Shown: positions 13,038 through 27,235, counted from the first letter of the stretch. The stretch: DNA of 64,000 bases from Octopus sinensis (GCF_006345805.1 NC_043001.1:55304001-55368000), one strand, 5' to 3'. Program-made: numbers and translations. The notes: generated by a model from the letters alone, not told the origin.

Positions 13038-14774
13038 GCCTTCACTATACCTTTAACCCTGATTTTCCTGCAGACTTCTGATTTATATATGTTGCAGCTA
13101 AGCATCAACTGTATTATTCTCATCAATAACAGAGAGCCTGCTAAGGCTATGCATGGGCACAGTTACTCCTAAATATTAAGTCATAAAAAGAAAATAAAGC
13201 TTGAATGTTTGGTAAAAGAATAAAATGAGACTCCTGTCTCCTTTACTATCCATAAAGTCATAACTTTTAGTTTTATGAATCCACAAGATAGTAACTGAAT
13301 TTGTGAGCCAAAGGATCACATTTTATGTGAATGTGGAACCTGCAAGAAATAGCAACCTTGAATATCACCTTACATTCTAACTTTCAAAACACTTTGAAAA
13401 GAAAGGGGACAGATTAAATTATGTAACCCAAGATAGACAATCTCTTCTTTTTTTGTACTTGCTTCAATCATTGGACTGCAGCCATGCTGGAACACTGCCT
13501 CAAAGGTTTTATTTTTAAATAGTTGACCAACATTAGTATTTATTTCATTTTAAGCTTGGTACTTATTCTATTGTCCCATTTTGCTGAACTGCTAAGTTAC
13601 ACGGACATAAACAAACCAATACCAGTTGTCAAATGGAAGCAGGAAACATACACAAAGATATACATGCACATGATGAGCTTCTTTCAGATTGTGTATCTAC
13701 CAAACCCATTCATAAGACTCAAGACAAAATCCATTCACAAGACTAGCTCAGAGCTATAGAAGACACTTGCTCAAGTTGCCAAATAATGAGACTGAACGTG
13801 GAACTATGTGGTTGGGAAATAAACTCCTACCACACAGCCACAACAGAATAATTTTGGCTGGAGTGTAATAGATCATGAGTGCCATAGCACATGACAACAA
13901 CAACAATAACACCAACAACTAATTATCAGAAAACATGAAGAATAGCTATCAATAAATCACATAGTATATTCAGAGCAACAAACCAGATAATTTAAACAAA
14001 ATAGAAATTTTTTGCTTGAAATATCATTGATTGAAAGATGGATGTGGTAAAAAGAAATACAAAGATGAGATATAAATTCCTGAAGCAATCTGGTTACAAG
14101 AAGATTTATTTACTCAGTACTTTTGTTCATTTAAGTAGAGTATTTAACATAAAGAGCAGAGTTTGTCTTTCATTATAACACATCATAGACGGAGGTGATA
14201 AGCAATGAAGAATTAAATCTAAAATTACGCGGCTTACAAGTTACGTTTGCAGATACATATATACAACTTATCAAGACTTGTAAATGCGTTATTACTTCAG
14301 CCTCTATTATATAATTACATTAACACATATGAGAGTCAAACACAAAGCTGTGTGCATACATATGAAGTTAGTGTGTGTGTATTTGAATCTACAAGTGAGA
14401 GAATACAAAGAATTCAATTCATATGGCACAAAATATATCACTTTATTCAACCTAGTATTACAGTACGTGACAACTATTAGTATATTGTTTCTATAAAATA
14501 TTGCAAAGTGACAGAATTTGGATACATGTGAGAAAAGAGAATATATAATATATGTATGGCTTCTGTCATGTTCCTTGAGGTATATGATATGAACAGTGTA
14601 CTTACAATTGCTACATATTGAAGTATAATATATATATATTTTTTCTTTTCTTTTCTTTTTTAGTTTCAGCTCAGAGCTGCGGCCATGCTGATGCAATAAT
14701 ACGAGGGAATATTATTCCAAACTTACAGGGAAAAATTCGATTTAGAAATACTGAATCAAATTTCACAAAATATA

Positions 14775-14805
<31 letters not shown>

Positions 14806-14897
14806 AATTAGAAAAAAAAACACCTTTTATCAATTCAATAATGAAAAATTAAATTATACCATTTAGAAAAATTACATACTATAGAAAGATATATATA

Positions 14898-14950
<53 letters not shown>

Positions 14951-16840
14951 ATGTACACACACACATACATAGATACATACACATACACACACATATATAC
15001 ATGTATCATCATCATCAGTTTAATGGGCCCTATGAGGTGGGGGCAGCTGGCACTTTGTTCCAGGACCCACCAGCAGACTGAGTTTAATGTCTGCATGAGT
15101 TGGATGAAGTTTTGTGAGGCATGTATTCTACAGCCAGATACCCTTCCTATTGCTAACCCTCACCTATTTCCAAACAAGGTAATATTTCCATTTGGCAAGA
15201 CATTATTGGAATTGAATACTATTCATAGTATGGCTGTGACATGCATTTACAAATATCACATGATGTCAACAGATGGAGGCACAAATACACATTCACACAC
15301 ACACACATGCATATACAAATAGATACATATATTCATATATACATCTGTGTGCATATATATGTATATATATCATATATTCTTTTATTTTTTTTACTTGTTT
15401 CAGTCATTTGACTGGCCTTGCTAGAGCACTACTTTGAAGTGTCTTAGTCAAACAAATCAACCCCAGGACTTATTTTTTTAAGCCTAGTATTTATTCTGTC
15501 AGTCTCTTTTGCTAGTTACGGGGACATAAACACACCAATACTGGTTGTCAAGCAATGAGAGGGGGACAAGACACACACACACATCATATATATATAATAG
15601 GATTCTTTTAGTTTCCATCTACCAAATCCACTCACAAGGCTTTGGTCATCCTGAGGCTACAGTAGAAGACACTTTCCCAGGGTGCCATGCAGTGGGACTG
15701 AATCCAGAACTATATGGTTGGGAAGCAAGCTTCTTACCACACACCTACACCTGCACCTATATATATGTGTGTGTGTGTGTTTGTGAGAAAGAAATTAGAA
15801 TTCACAAGACTCTTTATTAGTCACTACAATCATTCAAACTCATCATGCACAGGTGCCTTGCAGGTGAGATACTGTACAAACAGTTGTAGTGCATCATAGG
15901 TGAAGATATGTCTCCTCAGGTGACTTGTCAAAAGGTACCTCATTTTTTAATCTCCATTTCACTTATTTCTATTACACTGCATTTTGGTAGTTGTAGTGTA
16001 CTACATGTCTACCTGAGGAACTGGGTCATAATGTAGAACTCTTCTCATATAAGCAATAAGATAACTTAGCAAGAATCGAAAAAAAAAATATAATATGAAA
16101 ATAGGTAAATGAAACAATATGTTATACACTGATAATGAAAACACTGTTAAATAAAACCATAAAACAACTATGTGATTGGCATACTACAAGGTGTGTACCT
16201 GAATAGAAAATTATTACTCATCTATTTATCTATCTATGCATACACACATGATGGGCTTCTTTCAGTTTCTGTCTACCAAGCTTAAAATCTACTCAAACAA
16301 CTTTGGTCAGCCTGGGGCTATAATAGAAGAGACTTGACCAAGGTGCCATGCAGTGGGACTGAACCTGAAGCCATGGTGGTTTGGTAGCAGAATTCTTAAC
16401 CATACAGCCACACCTGCACCTATGCATGTGTGTGTGAGTGTACACACGCACACACATACACTCATGTATAAGCACACATACTCATGTATCTATATACATG
16501 ATACACACAAATACACATACACATGCATGCATATATACATACACACACACAAACATCAAATATGCATAAACAAAAGCAACAAATTCTAAATATTATGAAG
16601 GAATATTAAAAATATCACTGCATTTCAAATTTAAGATCAATTTGTGCAGTTTTATATGAACACAAATACTTCTGCATTATGCTCCTTAAAATGATATTGC
16701 AAATTTGTTACATAAACCAGTTATTGATTTACTAAGACTACATCATTCTGATGTTCAAACTTTTATGACACTCATAAATGACCTTTGCTTTCATCAGAGA
16801 ATCAAAACAGCAGTGACTCAGATCAAATTCGAAATCAATG

Positions 16841-16843
16841 ATA

Positions 16844-16893
<50 letters not shown>

Positions 16894-16910
16894 AATGTAT
16901 ATATATATAA

Positions 16911-16948
<38 letters not shown>

Positions 16949-17010
16949 GTATATATATATATATATATTATATATATATAATGTATATATATATATATAT
17001 ATATATATAA

Positions 17011-17064
<54 letters not shown>

Positions 17065-17085
17065 GTATATATAATATATATATAA

Positions 17086-17133
<48 letters not shown>

Positions 17134-17178
17134 GTATATATATATATATATAATATTATATATATTATATATATATAA

Positions 17179-17216
<38 letters not shown>

Positions 17217-17237
17217 AATGTATATATATATATATAT

Positions 17238-17279
<42 letters not shown>

Positions 17280-17561
17280 GTTATATATATATATAAATGT
17301 ATATATATATATATAAATGTATATATATATATAAATGTATATATATATATATATATATAAATGTATATATATATATATAAATGTAATATATATAATATAA
17401 TGTATATATATATATAAATGTATATATATATATATAAATGTATATATATATATAAATGTATATATATATATAATATATAAATGTATGTATATATATATAA
17501 ATGTATATAGATATATATATATATATATATATATTATATTATATATATATATATATATATA
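16841..17561. repeat. ~720-bp compound (TA)n array interrupted about 20 times by AAATG
   Basis: Directly visible; no C and only sparse G on the plus strand. Confidence 0.97.
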
Positions 17562-17771
17562 TATTGGTGGAATATACTCTCATTTGTGTGTATGTGTTTA
17601 TATACATATATATATATATATACATGCACACACGTACATACAAATCACACTCATATCCCTATTGTTATGATGCTAATATAAGCATTTCTATATATATAAC
17701 TGAAACTCTACTTGTCAGATTCACTATCTATCACATTCTCCCTAAATGGCATATCTCACAAGGTCTCTTAC

Positions 17772-17783
17772 ACCAACCATTCT
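17772..17783 (-). CDS. robo: Candidate 12-nt symmetric microexon (EWL in phase 2)
   Basis: CTAAC branch point at 17806-17810, then attttctatttctttccttcag|AGAATGGTTGGT|gtaaga. Confidence 0.45.
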
Positions 17784-19025
17784 CTGAAGGAAAGAAATAG
17801 AAAATGTTAGACAGTTACCTAGATAGACAGACAGATAAGAAAAGTGAAAGAGAAAGACAGAGGGTAAGAAAGATGTTTTTACCTATATAACTACCTAACA
17901 AGTAATGTGATCTCAGTGCTTGTCCAACAACTAACATGACACCAATGTATGCTGGCTGGTCTTGCCAACAAGGAAGCTCTCACTAGCACTGTTAGAAATT
18001 ATGTCCTGTAAGTTTACCATTATCAATTCTCTACAGGGAAAGTTCACTGTTATCAATTCCTCATCATGTATTCAATAAAATAGTTTTTAATTATTAATGA
18101 TGAGATAATATAGATATATTTTTGCAGTAAACTTTCCTCATGGTGAATTGATGGCAGTGAACATACCTGTAATTGTTAGAAACAGTAGCAAAATCTTTCA
18201 AATCACATCTGTCTGTCATCAAAAATAGTATAAAACACTGTAACTCCAAATTTACAAAATATAGGATGACTATGACTAGAATGCATTCCACTAATATTTG
18301 CTTGATCAGAGTTTATTTTGAGCCAATGAGTGAACTTTACTTAGTCTTTCAAACTGCTAGAAATAGTAAACAAATTTTCCTCAAATCACATCCTACTGTC
18401 TTAAATTAGAATAGAATATTTTAGACAATGCAGTCTGATATATACGAATACCATTCAGAAAGTGGTTCTTTTCTTCATATACTGCTTTGGTCGTCCCAAG
18501 GCAGTAGTAGAATACACTTGCTCAAAGTGCTATGCACTTATTTATTTAATCTCAAATCAACTGCACTTGAACTCAGAACCACATGGTTGGGAAGCAAGCC
18601 TCTTACCACACAGCCACACTTGCACCTATATAGTATGTTTCTCTCTTCCACCATTGCTTGACAACCGATGTTGGTGTGTTTACGTTCCCATAACTGAGCA
18701 GTTCAGTAAAAAAGATCGATAGAATAAGTAGCAGGCTTATGAAGAATAAGTCATAGGATTGATTACTTTGACTAGATGGTGGTGCTCCAGCATGGCTGCA
18801 GTCAAAATGGCTGCAGTCAAAATGACTGAAACAAGTAAAAGAACAAAAGAATAATGAATATACTATGTAGGTGCAGGTGTGGCAAGAAGCTTGTTTCCCA
18901 ACCACATGGTTCTGGGTTCAGTTCCACTGTATAGCACTTTGGGCAAGTGTATTCTACTATAGCTTTGGGACAACCAAAGCCTTGTGAGTTGATTTGGTAG
19001 GCAGAAACGGAAAGAAACCCATTGC

Positions 19026-19056
<31 letters not shown>

Positions 19057-22000
19057 ACTATGTACCTGTGTTTGTCTCCCACCACTGCTTGACAATGGTG
19101 TAGATGTATTTACTTCCCCATGACTTAGCAGTTTGATGATAGAAATCAATAGAATAAGTACCAGGCTTAAAGAAAAGTACTGGCATTGATTCATTTGAGT
19201 AAAAATTCTTTAAGGAAGTACCTCAGCATAGCTTCCCCCTCAAGCCCAAAACCAATAAAAGATAAGAGATACTTTCTTTAAGTTGTGTTTTAAATAAAGT
19301 GTAATTACATAATATTTTCTTAAATATCATTTTCTTAATTATATTTTCTATTTAAACTACAAATTCTTTCCATTCTATAATAACTTTTCATATCTTCTGC
19401 AAAGGAGAAAGTTAACAATCAAGATTTCTTTTTTTGCAGAGCCACCAACAGAGCAGCAGAGAAAAAAAAAACAACTTATACTTTGGAGCAGCATATCCAA
19501 AATCTGGTGGGTCAGATGCTTGCAACACAGTAGACTCTAATGCACCAAGGATCAGGTGGTAGTGTTAAGGCATGTGATAGATATGTTTATCAAAGAAGAA
19601 CAAAATAGTTACAGTCCATCTGACAAACTTTTGCATAGTTTCCCTTTAAACTAATTCCATTCATAAGAGTCAGGTCAGCCCAAATATATGGTAAAAGACA
19701 CTTGTCCAACATGCTGTTGACCTATCCACTTTATAGCTGAGTAATCACTGATAGAAATTAACCAATCAATCAAAATCAGACACTGGCTACGCGAAACAAT
19801 GTGCACATATCGAACTTCTTTTAAGCTATCCATTGCAATTACATCAGAATGAAAAACAGGATGCTTCAAACAATTTCAAAAAGAGGTGAAAATACATTAA
19901 AAAAAAATAATAGAAAATTATAACAGTCAAAATGGGTTTGATTATCACAAAGTGATGTTTAGTTTTGTACAAAGAAAGAAAAAAAAACTTGTACTTTATT
20001 CTACCATTACTTATTCTGATTGTTATAAGAAAATTTCACAAGAGAAAAAAAAACTGAAAAGAGATAAACAGAAATAAAAACAAAAAAAGCAACAAAACTA
20101 CTACTATCTACCTCCTTAACCTGCAAGTGATGGGAAAGGTTGGATGAAGTTTTCTTTGGACAGAAGAATAAGAGAATAAAGACAAGAATACATTAAAATT
20201 GCAACTGGTAATGGCTATGCTGCAAACAATGGTTTGGTTCAATGATTTGGGAGCAATTTATAAAGATTACTGTCAAACAAAGCAGATTAGCCCAATAAAT
20301 CATATCACCCATTACTAAACACTGAATCATTTGAGATCTATTAAGGCAGGCATTTCTCAACTTGTTTTCAGTAGTAGACTCTCTGTGTAGGTGGAGTGTA
20401 CTTTGTAAATTCACAGGTCATATGTTCAATTCTAGAGAAAAGAAATGTCTTAAGTTTTAGCAAACATTCCATGATTATGTATTTGAAAAACATATGTCAC
20501 TATGACTCTGGGTTATGAACTAAAGAAGGAACCTCTATAACATCATTTTGCTTTCTAGAAATAGCAGTGATATTTCCTGCAAATCTCACCTTACCACCAT
20601 ATCACATCAAGAATCAAAAGGTAGAAAACATGATATAGACTTCTATATGATATTTCTGAAAGTTAAATGATGAGATAATCATGGATGGAACCCCTTGGAG
20701 TACAATATCTCTTTGATCAGGGATAAAGAGAGGGCAATAACATCAGCAATAAAAACTAATGAGGGGGTCTCTATATGGTTTGGGAAGCAGTTATAGCTTT
20801 CTTAAATCATGCTGTACCATCTTCGAAAAAGAAATACACAGCCAACAATACAGTCTTGTATATAAATAATATGTCTAAAAAAACACACAAAAAAAAAGCA
20901 AGAAGGACAACAGGAAAGCTTTTGGCTATAAGTCTACTTAATAATGGAAGACCTGAAGCAAAACAACAAATTAGAATGATTGATATAGAATGTATTATCA
21001 GGTTAGTCAGGGCACTTATTATGACTACCACATTCATACAGTTCATGTTTGAATGAACTAGTATATATTTTGGCCTACAATATTTGAAAGCATGGCTCCT
21101 CTAAGAGTAGACTAACAATCTTGTCATTTTGAAGCATTGAATAAGATACTTCCATTGCATAGCTTTACCTTAGCAAAGCTGATAGAGACTACCTCAAAAC
21201 ATCAAGGCTTGGTTGAAAGATTTGTTACAAATTTTGGCATAAGGCCAGCAAGTTTGGGGGAGAGGGTAAGTTGTTTACATTAACCCTAGTGCTCAACTGG
21301 TACTTATATTAGTGATCCCAGAATTATGAAAAGTAAAGTCAACCTCAGCAGAATTTGAGCTCAGGAGGAAAAAACAAATGAAATGCTGCCAAGTATTTGC
21401 CTGGCATGGTGAAGATTCAGCCAGTTTGCCACCTCACTTGATTGAAATAATAATATCTTTACTTTGGCATTGCAGATAGAAGTTAGCTAATAACAAATCT
21501 TGCTTAAAATATTTCAGATATAAAAACCAGAGGAAACTAGAAGTGGCTTATGTTTGAGGAAACTAGTGATGGCTTATGACAGCAACAAGTCTGTTAACAA
21601 AATCTGCAAATTTGGGGAAGTTTGCATGCTGCAGACAGATGAAAATACTAATGAGCAATGACCTTTATCAGAAAGGAAAAGCAGGAGGACACACACGCAC
21701 ACAGGGGGGCTTTGCTTGAACTGTCAGTACTTCTCATACCTCATACTTCTCCATGCTATCTTATCCAAATAAGTGTAGCTTGCAAAATATTCATAGAGTT
21801 GACAGAGGCTACCCAACTTTGTTCATATTTGGTTGAAAAACTCATTCAAAGTATCTGACCTCAAATCTGATCAATGCAACCTAATATTGATATGTATTGA
21901 TGAGCAAATTGGTACAGTTAATTGAATTAACCCCAGTACATTGCTAGAAATTATATTAATGCAAAGATGTCTATAATAGGATATGACCCCAAAATGCTAA

Positions 22001-23689
22001 GAGTGGAATTAGTTTCTAAAAATATTAATTCAGCACGAGGCTGGAGAATTGTAAGACTGGAGGTTAGTCAGTTGATTCAACTACTCTAGTTTGTAATTAG
22101 CATTTATTTTATTTGTGCCAAAGAGATGAAAAGGCAAATTCTGATGCCCAGAGGAGTGAAAACTGAAGTCAATTTCAGAAGAAGGTAGGATTTTAGAGAT
22201 AAAACTAAATATTTGAAAATGATTTTTAATTTTCAACTCTAATAATTCTGTCATATTATTGCTCAAAATAAATATTGATTGACTGATTAATATATTAAAA
22301 AAAAAACACGTTGAAAATATAATTTATATTAAATTGAAGTTAAGAAAAGGATTAATATGACTTACAATGAGAAGAGGAAAACTAAAGACAAAAAATAACA
22401 AAGAATAAAAATTTGTGCAATAACTTATAATGTTATTGAAGACACAGCTATTACAACACACACATACACACACACAATGATAAATGAGTAGACAAACAAA
22501 AGAAGTTGAAAATTTCAAAGACTTAATCACATTGTCATTTACTTTTTCACCAAATAAAAGCATATGATACTTCAAGTCTGAATTATGTTGATATGATGAT
22601 GTTAAATAAAAGTTAAGGAAGAATTTTTAAATGTTTAGAAAGAAATCTATAAAACAAAATGAAATGAAATAAAATAAAAGAGAACAGAATAAACTGCAAA
22701 ACTGGAAGTATTTATCAAGACAAGATGAATTGCTGTTGTTGATTCAGAGATGAGAAGGATCAGTCTTTTAATATGATAAAAAAGTCTTATAAAACTTAAG
22801 ATGTATCATGGAAATTTAACAATGGTTAAATTAATATTTATATATATATTTATACATACATATGTGTGTGTGTGTGTGTGTGTGTATACACACATGCATA
22901 CATATGTAAACACACACACACATAATACATATCATCATCGTTACATCTATACATACAAATATGCATGTGTGTGTATTCACGTGTGTGTGTATATATAACA
23001 CATACATACATATATACATACTTACATACATACACACACATGTAAATGGATATTAAATGGTAATGATTATATATATGCATACGCGCACACACACTCAAAA
23101 GATTGGGTAAAATTTTCTGTGCACAAGGAAGGGGAATAAAGACAACAAAAAAATTCTTTCAAAAGTTCTTATAAATGTTATGATTCTCAAGGGTTTCTAT
23201 TCATCATGCTCTTGCCTCAAAGACTTGAGTTTTGCTTTAAGTATTTTTCAAAAACATATTGGAAGCAAAAACAAACAACTAGTCACAAAATGAATAAAGA
23301 AGCTTACTAACAAAATAATATTGATGATGACAATGATGATGATTACAGTAATGAAGATTAGAATGATGATGATGACTATAATGATAATTATGATGTCAAG
23401 GACATTGTGATGATGATGATGATAATCATGATGACTACAGTGATTATAAAGATAACAATAGGGAAGGATGGGGAAGTGGAGATAATTTCTCGTATGAATA
23501 TAAAATAAAAATATAGTTTCATTGAAAACATTTTCTGCAATCCTAAATTTCAAGGGTCATACACACACGCACTCATACAAACACACACACACACATAAAA
23601 TAATGATGCTCCAGTTTGGCCTTAGCATGGTTAAAACAATCTGAGAAACTAAGAACACATACAATAATAATAATAATAATAAGACTTGA

Positions 23690-24240
23690 TTAGCATTTTA
23701 ATTTATCAACCCCTATTGCAGATAGTTAAAGTTGACTTTGATAGGATTTGAACTCAGACTATAAAACATTTTGTCTGATGCTCTAACGATTCTGTCAAAC
23801 CGCAACATTTTAATGATGTTTTGCACAGACACAAGGTCAGCAAATTTTGGGAGCAGAGAGTTGAGACCATCAACCTAGAATTTGAATGGTATGTTATTTT
23901 ATCAGCCCTGGAAGAATGCAAGTGTGCAAAATTGATCACAGTAGGGTTTGAATTCAGGGCATAAAATGCCAGAACAAGTAGTATTAGGCATTTTGTCTGG
24001 TGCTTAACATAATAATAATCCTTTCTACTAAAGGCACAAGGCCTGAAATTTGAGGAGGCGGGATTAGTTGCTAACATTGACCCTGGTGTTTCATTGGTAC
24101 TTAATTTATTGACCCCAAAAGGATGAAAAGCAAAGTTCACCCTGGTGGAATTTGAGCTCAGAATGTAGCAATTGGCAAAATACTGCTCAGCATTTCATCC
24201 ATCCTGCTAAGGACTCTATCAGCTCACCATCTTACTTAAC
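23690..24240 (-). mobile_element. Three tandem family B SINE copies
   Basis: Same unit as the 31040-33545 array. Further single copies at ~8540-8730, 21240-21440, 41640-41860, 42345-42560 (-) and ~22000-22200, 35770-35990, 44050-44250, 44640-44850 (+). Confidence 0.7.
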
Positions 24241-27095
24241 ATAATAATGATTTCAGTGATTTACTTCACAAGCATCAGATAAAGGGGGAACATTGAAGAG
24301 ACTGGTTAAAAAAGTGTAGGAGTTTACATAGAAATTGAATTTGAAAAAAAAAAAGAGATAAAATGGATATTTTACACAGTATATATAGTAATCAAAGATA
24401 AAAACTGCTATTTAGAATCAATTAAAGAATGTCACAGAATCAAGATTACATTGGATCATAATATTTGTTTCTAAAAGAGGCATAATGATATAAATTTAAG
24501 AAGAGAGGTTAATTGACTAAATCAGTTTCTCTACTTAACTACTACTTTAACACAGAAGGGTAAAATAGAAACAAACATTACAATGCAATTTTGAACAACA
24601 TATATTGAGATAAATGAACTGAAGTATCTAAAGTAGGAAAATTCCTCTCCAGAATGCTAGCCTAATAAAATTCTTTATATACAAAACCTATGGTTGTCCA
24701 TGCAGCAAATCTCTCTTCTCCATGCTGCCAATGTTGTCCAAGAGAAAGAGAAATGACTGACATATCCTTGGTACCATACTATTGCAGGTAAATTCAGAAT
24801 AAATAGGACCAGAACAAATACTGCATAGTAATTTGTTTTATATTCTAAGAATTCTGCCAATTCTATTTTCAACAGTTAATTTATTTTATTACATTTTAGG
24901 GTGGCATGAAAAAAGCACCCAGCACACTCTGTAAAGTGGTTGATGTTAAAAAGGGCATTTTACTGTAGAAACCATGCCAAAACAGAAAACTGGGGTCTGA
25001 ACAGCTCTTCGGCTGGTTAGCTCTTAACAAATCATCCAACCCATGCCAGCATGGAAAAAGCATGCTAAACAATGATGATGACAATGACAACTTTGAAATA
25101 ATGGAAGGCAAAGTTGATCACAGCAGAATTTATTTCAAATGTAAAGAGCCACAACAAATACTGTGAGGCATTCTGTTTAACCCTAATGATCTTCCAGTCT
25201 ACTGCTTTAACTCTATAAGATGTAAATATGCTTGAAAGATATTAAGAATTACTAAAATATAATATTGGATTTGTAATGAAAAATATATTTGGTAACATCA
25301 CTGATTTGAGTGACACATACTGATTTTCTCTATCCATACTGATGAGCCAGCCTACCATACGACTTAGTGAAGTTAGCTTGCAGCCAATAACAAATAAACA
25401 GCTTGTATTTATACTAATATAAGCGCAGGGCTGACAAAGTTAAACAAGATAAAATTATTTGAAATGCCATACAGATTCATACAAAAGTGCATAAAATAAA
25501 TGTCAGTTGTGTTTATCCATAGGTTTCTCTCATCAAATAGACTTCTGACCCAGACATTCCACACAGGACCATTCCATCTTTCATTCAAAGTGCAATATAT
25601 AATTTGCTTTTCCTTTTTTAAGATGCTCAGAATGCTAGAAATAACAGATTTGAGGGAGATTTGTACGTAAGTATCTATATTTACTGTAGTGTTGATTCAC
25701 AGAAAGTCATAGATACTGATGCATCTCTTAACTCAATCATTAATACCTCATTCCTCACAAAACTTATCATTCCCTTTGTCAGTTACATCCATAACTTCTC
25801 AAAAATATTGACCATATGTGTAATCAAAATAAATAGCATTGTTTATCATTGTTATTATTGTTGAAGCACAAGTTTATTACAAGTAAATCCCATTGAAATC
25901 AATTTTGCAAAGCTTGACTGCATAAACAGACTGGTTGGGGTTTAATTTTAGAAATTGCAATATCTATAGTTTCAAACATCACTTAAGAGTTTTAAGTAAG
26001 ATGTATAGGAATCTTCACCTTGTCTGTTGAGGATTAATTTGTCAATGTTTTAACATGGATTATTAATTATTTAAGATTTGTTATTATAAGAGATTCATTT
26101 CTCTTCTATTGCAATTGGCTCCACATAGACATGCATAGGTATGTTTGTGTGTAAGCACAGCCACTGCTGATCAGTTAAAAAGCATTCTTTCAACAAGTGT
26201 CTTTTATGACAGGTTGAGGTCAACCTGAGCCTTGTAATAGGAACTAGGTAAACAAATATGTGGAAAACTATTAGATGAACGAAAGCTGGTGATTTAGAGG
26301 GGACAGTTTTATCTCTTCCTCGTGTCTTTGGAATACTCAACCACTTACACAATAATCCAGTAAGTACATAGTACTTTTGACTGAACAATAAGAACTCTCA
26401 TAATTGACACTAGTAATTAGAGCCAGCAAGTATGCCTCCATGTAAAGTGTATGCATCTCCAACTGAAGGTTACTCGTATTTAGTCAGCCACATGAAGCCA
26501 TGGTATGAGTCAAGTTATTCCTTCAACTAAACACACACACATATATATATGTTAACTGAGGAAATGTTAATATTCACATAGGTAATGGGTGCAGGCTTCT
26601 GCCTGGTCGGCTCCAGTCAAACTGTCCCGCCCATGCTAGCATGGAAGACAAACATTAAATGATGATGATGATGATGATGATGATGATGTGACAACATGTA
26701 ACACAAAAAAAGATTTTGATCTCTTAAAAATAGCAGTGAAATTTCTTTCAAATCATACCCAACCATCTCGGAAAAGACAGATGTACTAGTTAATGTGGAC
26801 CTAGATATATTGTGCCAATGAAAAGGATAGCTAGTCAGGGTGGAAAATGGCTTTGAATGTAGGTTTGCTTGATCAGGGTTGATTTGGTGCTAAATATTCA
26901 ACAATATACCAACACACACACACACATAGACACAGATAGACAGGTTGAACACACTACAGTTCTGCAAAGGTATCCAAATGGGGCCACTAGTTATCCTGAA
27001 TGGATGTGAAACAGAGATAGAAAAGAGAATTGAATAATTGTGTAGCTACATAGTTAGCTATTAACACATGTGACATTTTCTACACACTCCTTTAC

Positions 27096-27131
27096 CAAAG
27101 CTGTGCATTGATTACTTTAGTATTTATATAC
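27096..27131 (-). CDS. robo: Candidate 36-nt symmetric microexon YINTKVINAQL
   Basis: gtacttttcttttatttag|GTATATAAATACTAAAGTAATCAATGCACAGCTTTG|gtaaag. Open in phase 2; donor only moderate. Confidence 0.3.
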
Positions 27132-27168
27132 CTAAATAAAAGAAAAGTACAACTATGCTTTGAGAGAC

Positions 27169-27235
<67 letters not shown>

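Larger units (their letters stand above)
13455..19260. mobile_element. Span containing several family A SINE copies: ~13455-13842(-), 15385-15760(-), 16245-16423(-), 18480-18628(-), 18640-18845(+), 18868-19260(+)
   Basis: Shared motifs gaagacacttgcccaaggtgcc, accatgtggttgggaagcaagcttcttaccacacagcc and cttgtttcagtcatttgactg. Confidence 0.75.
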
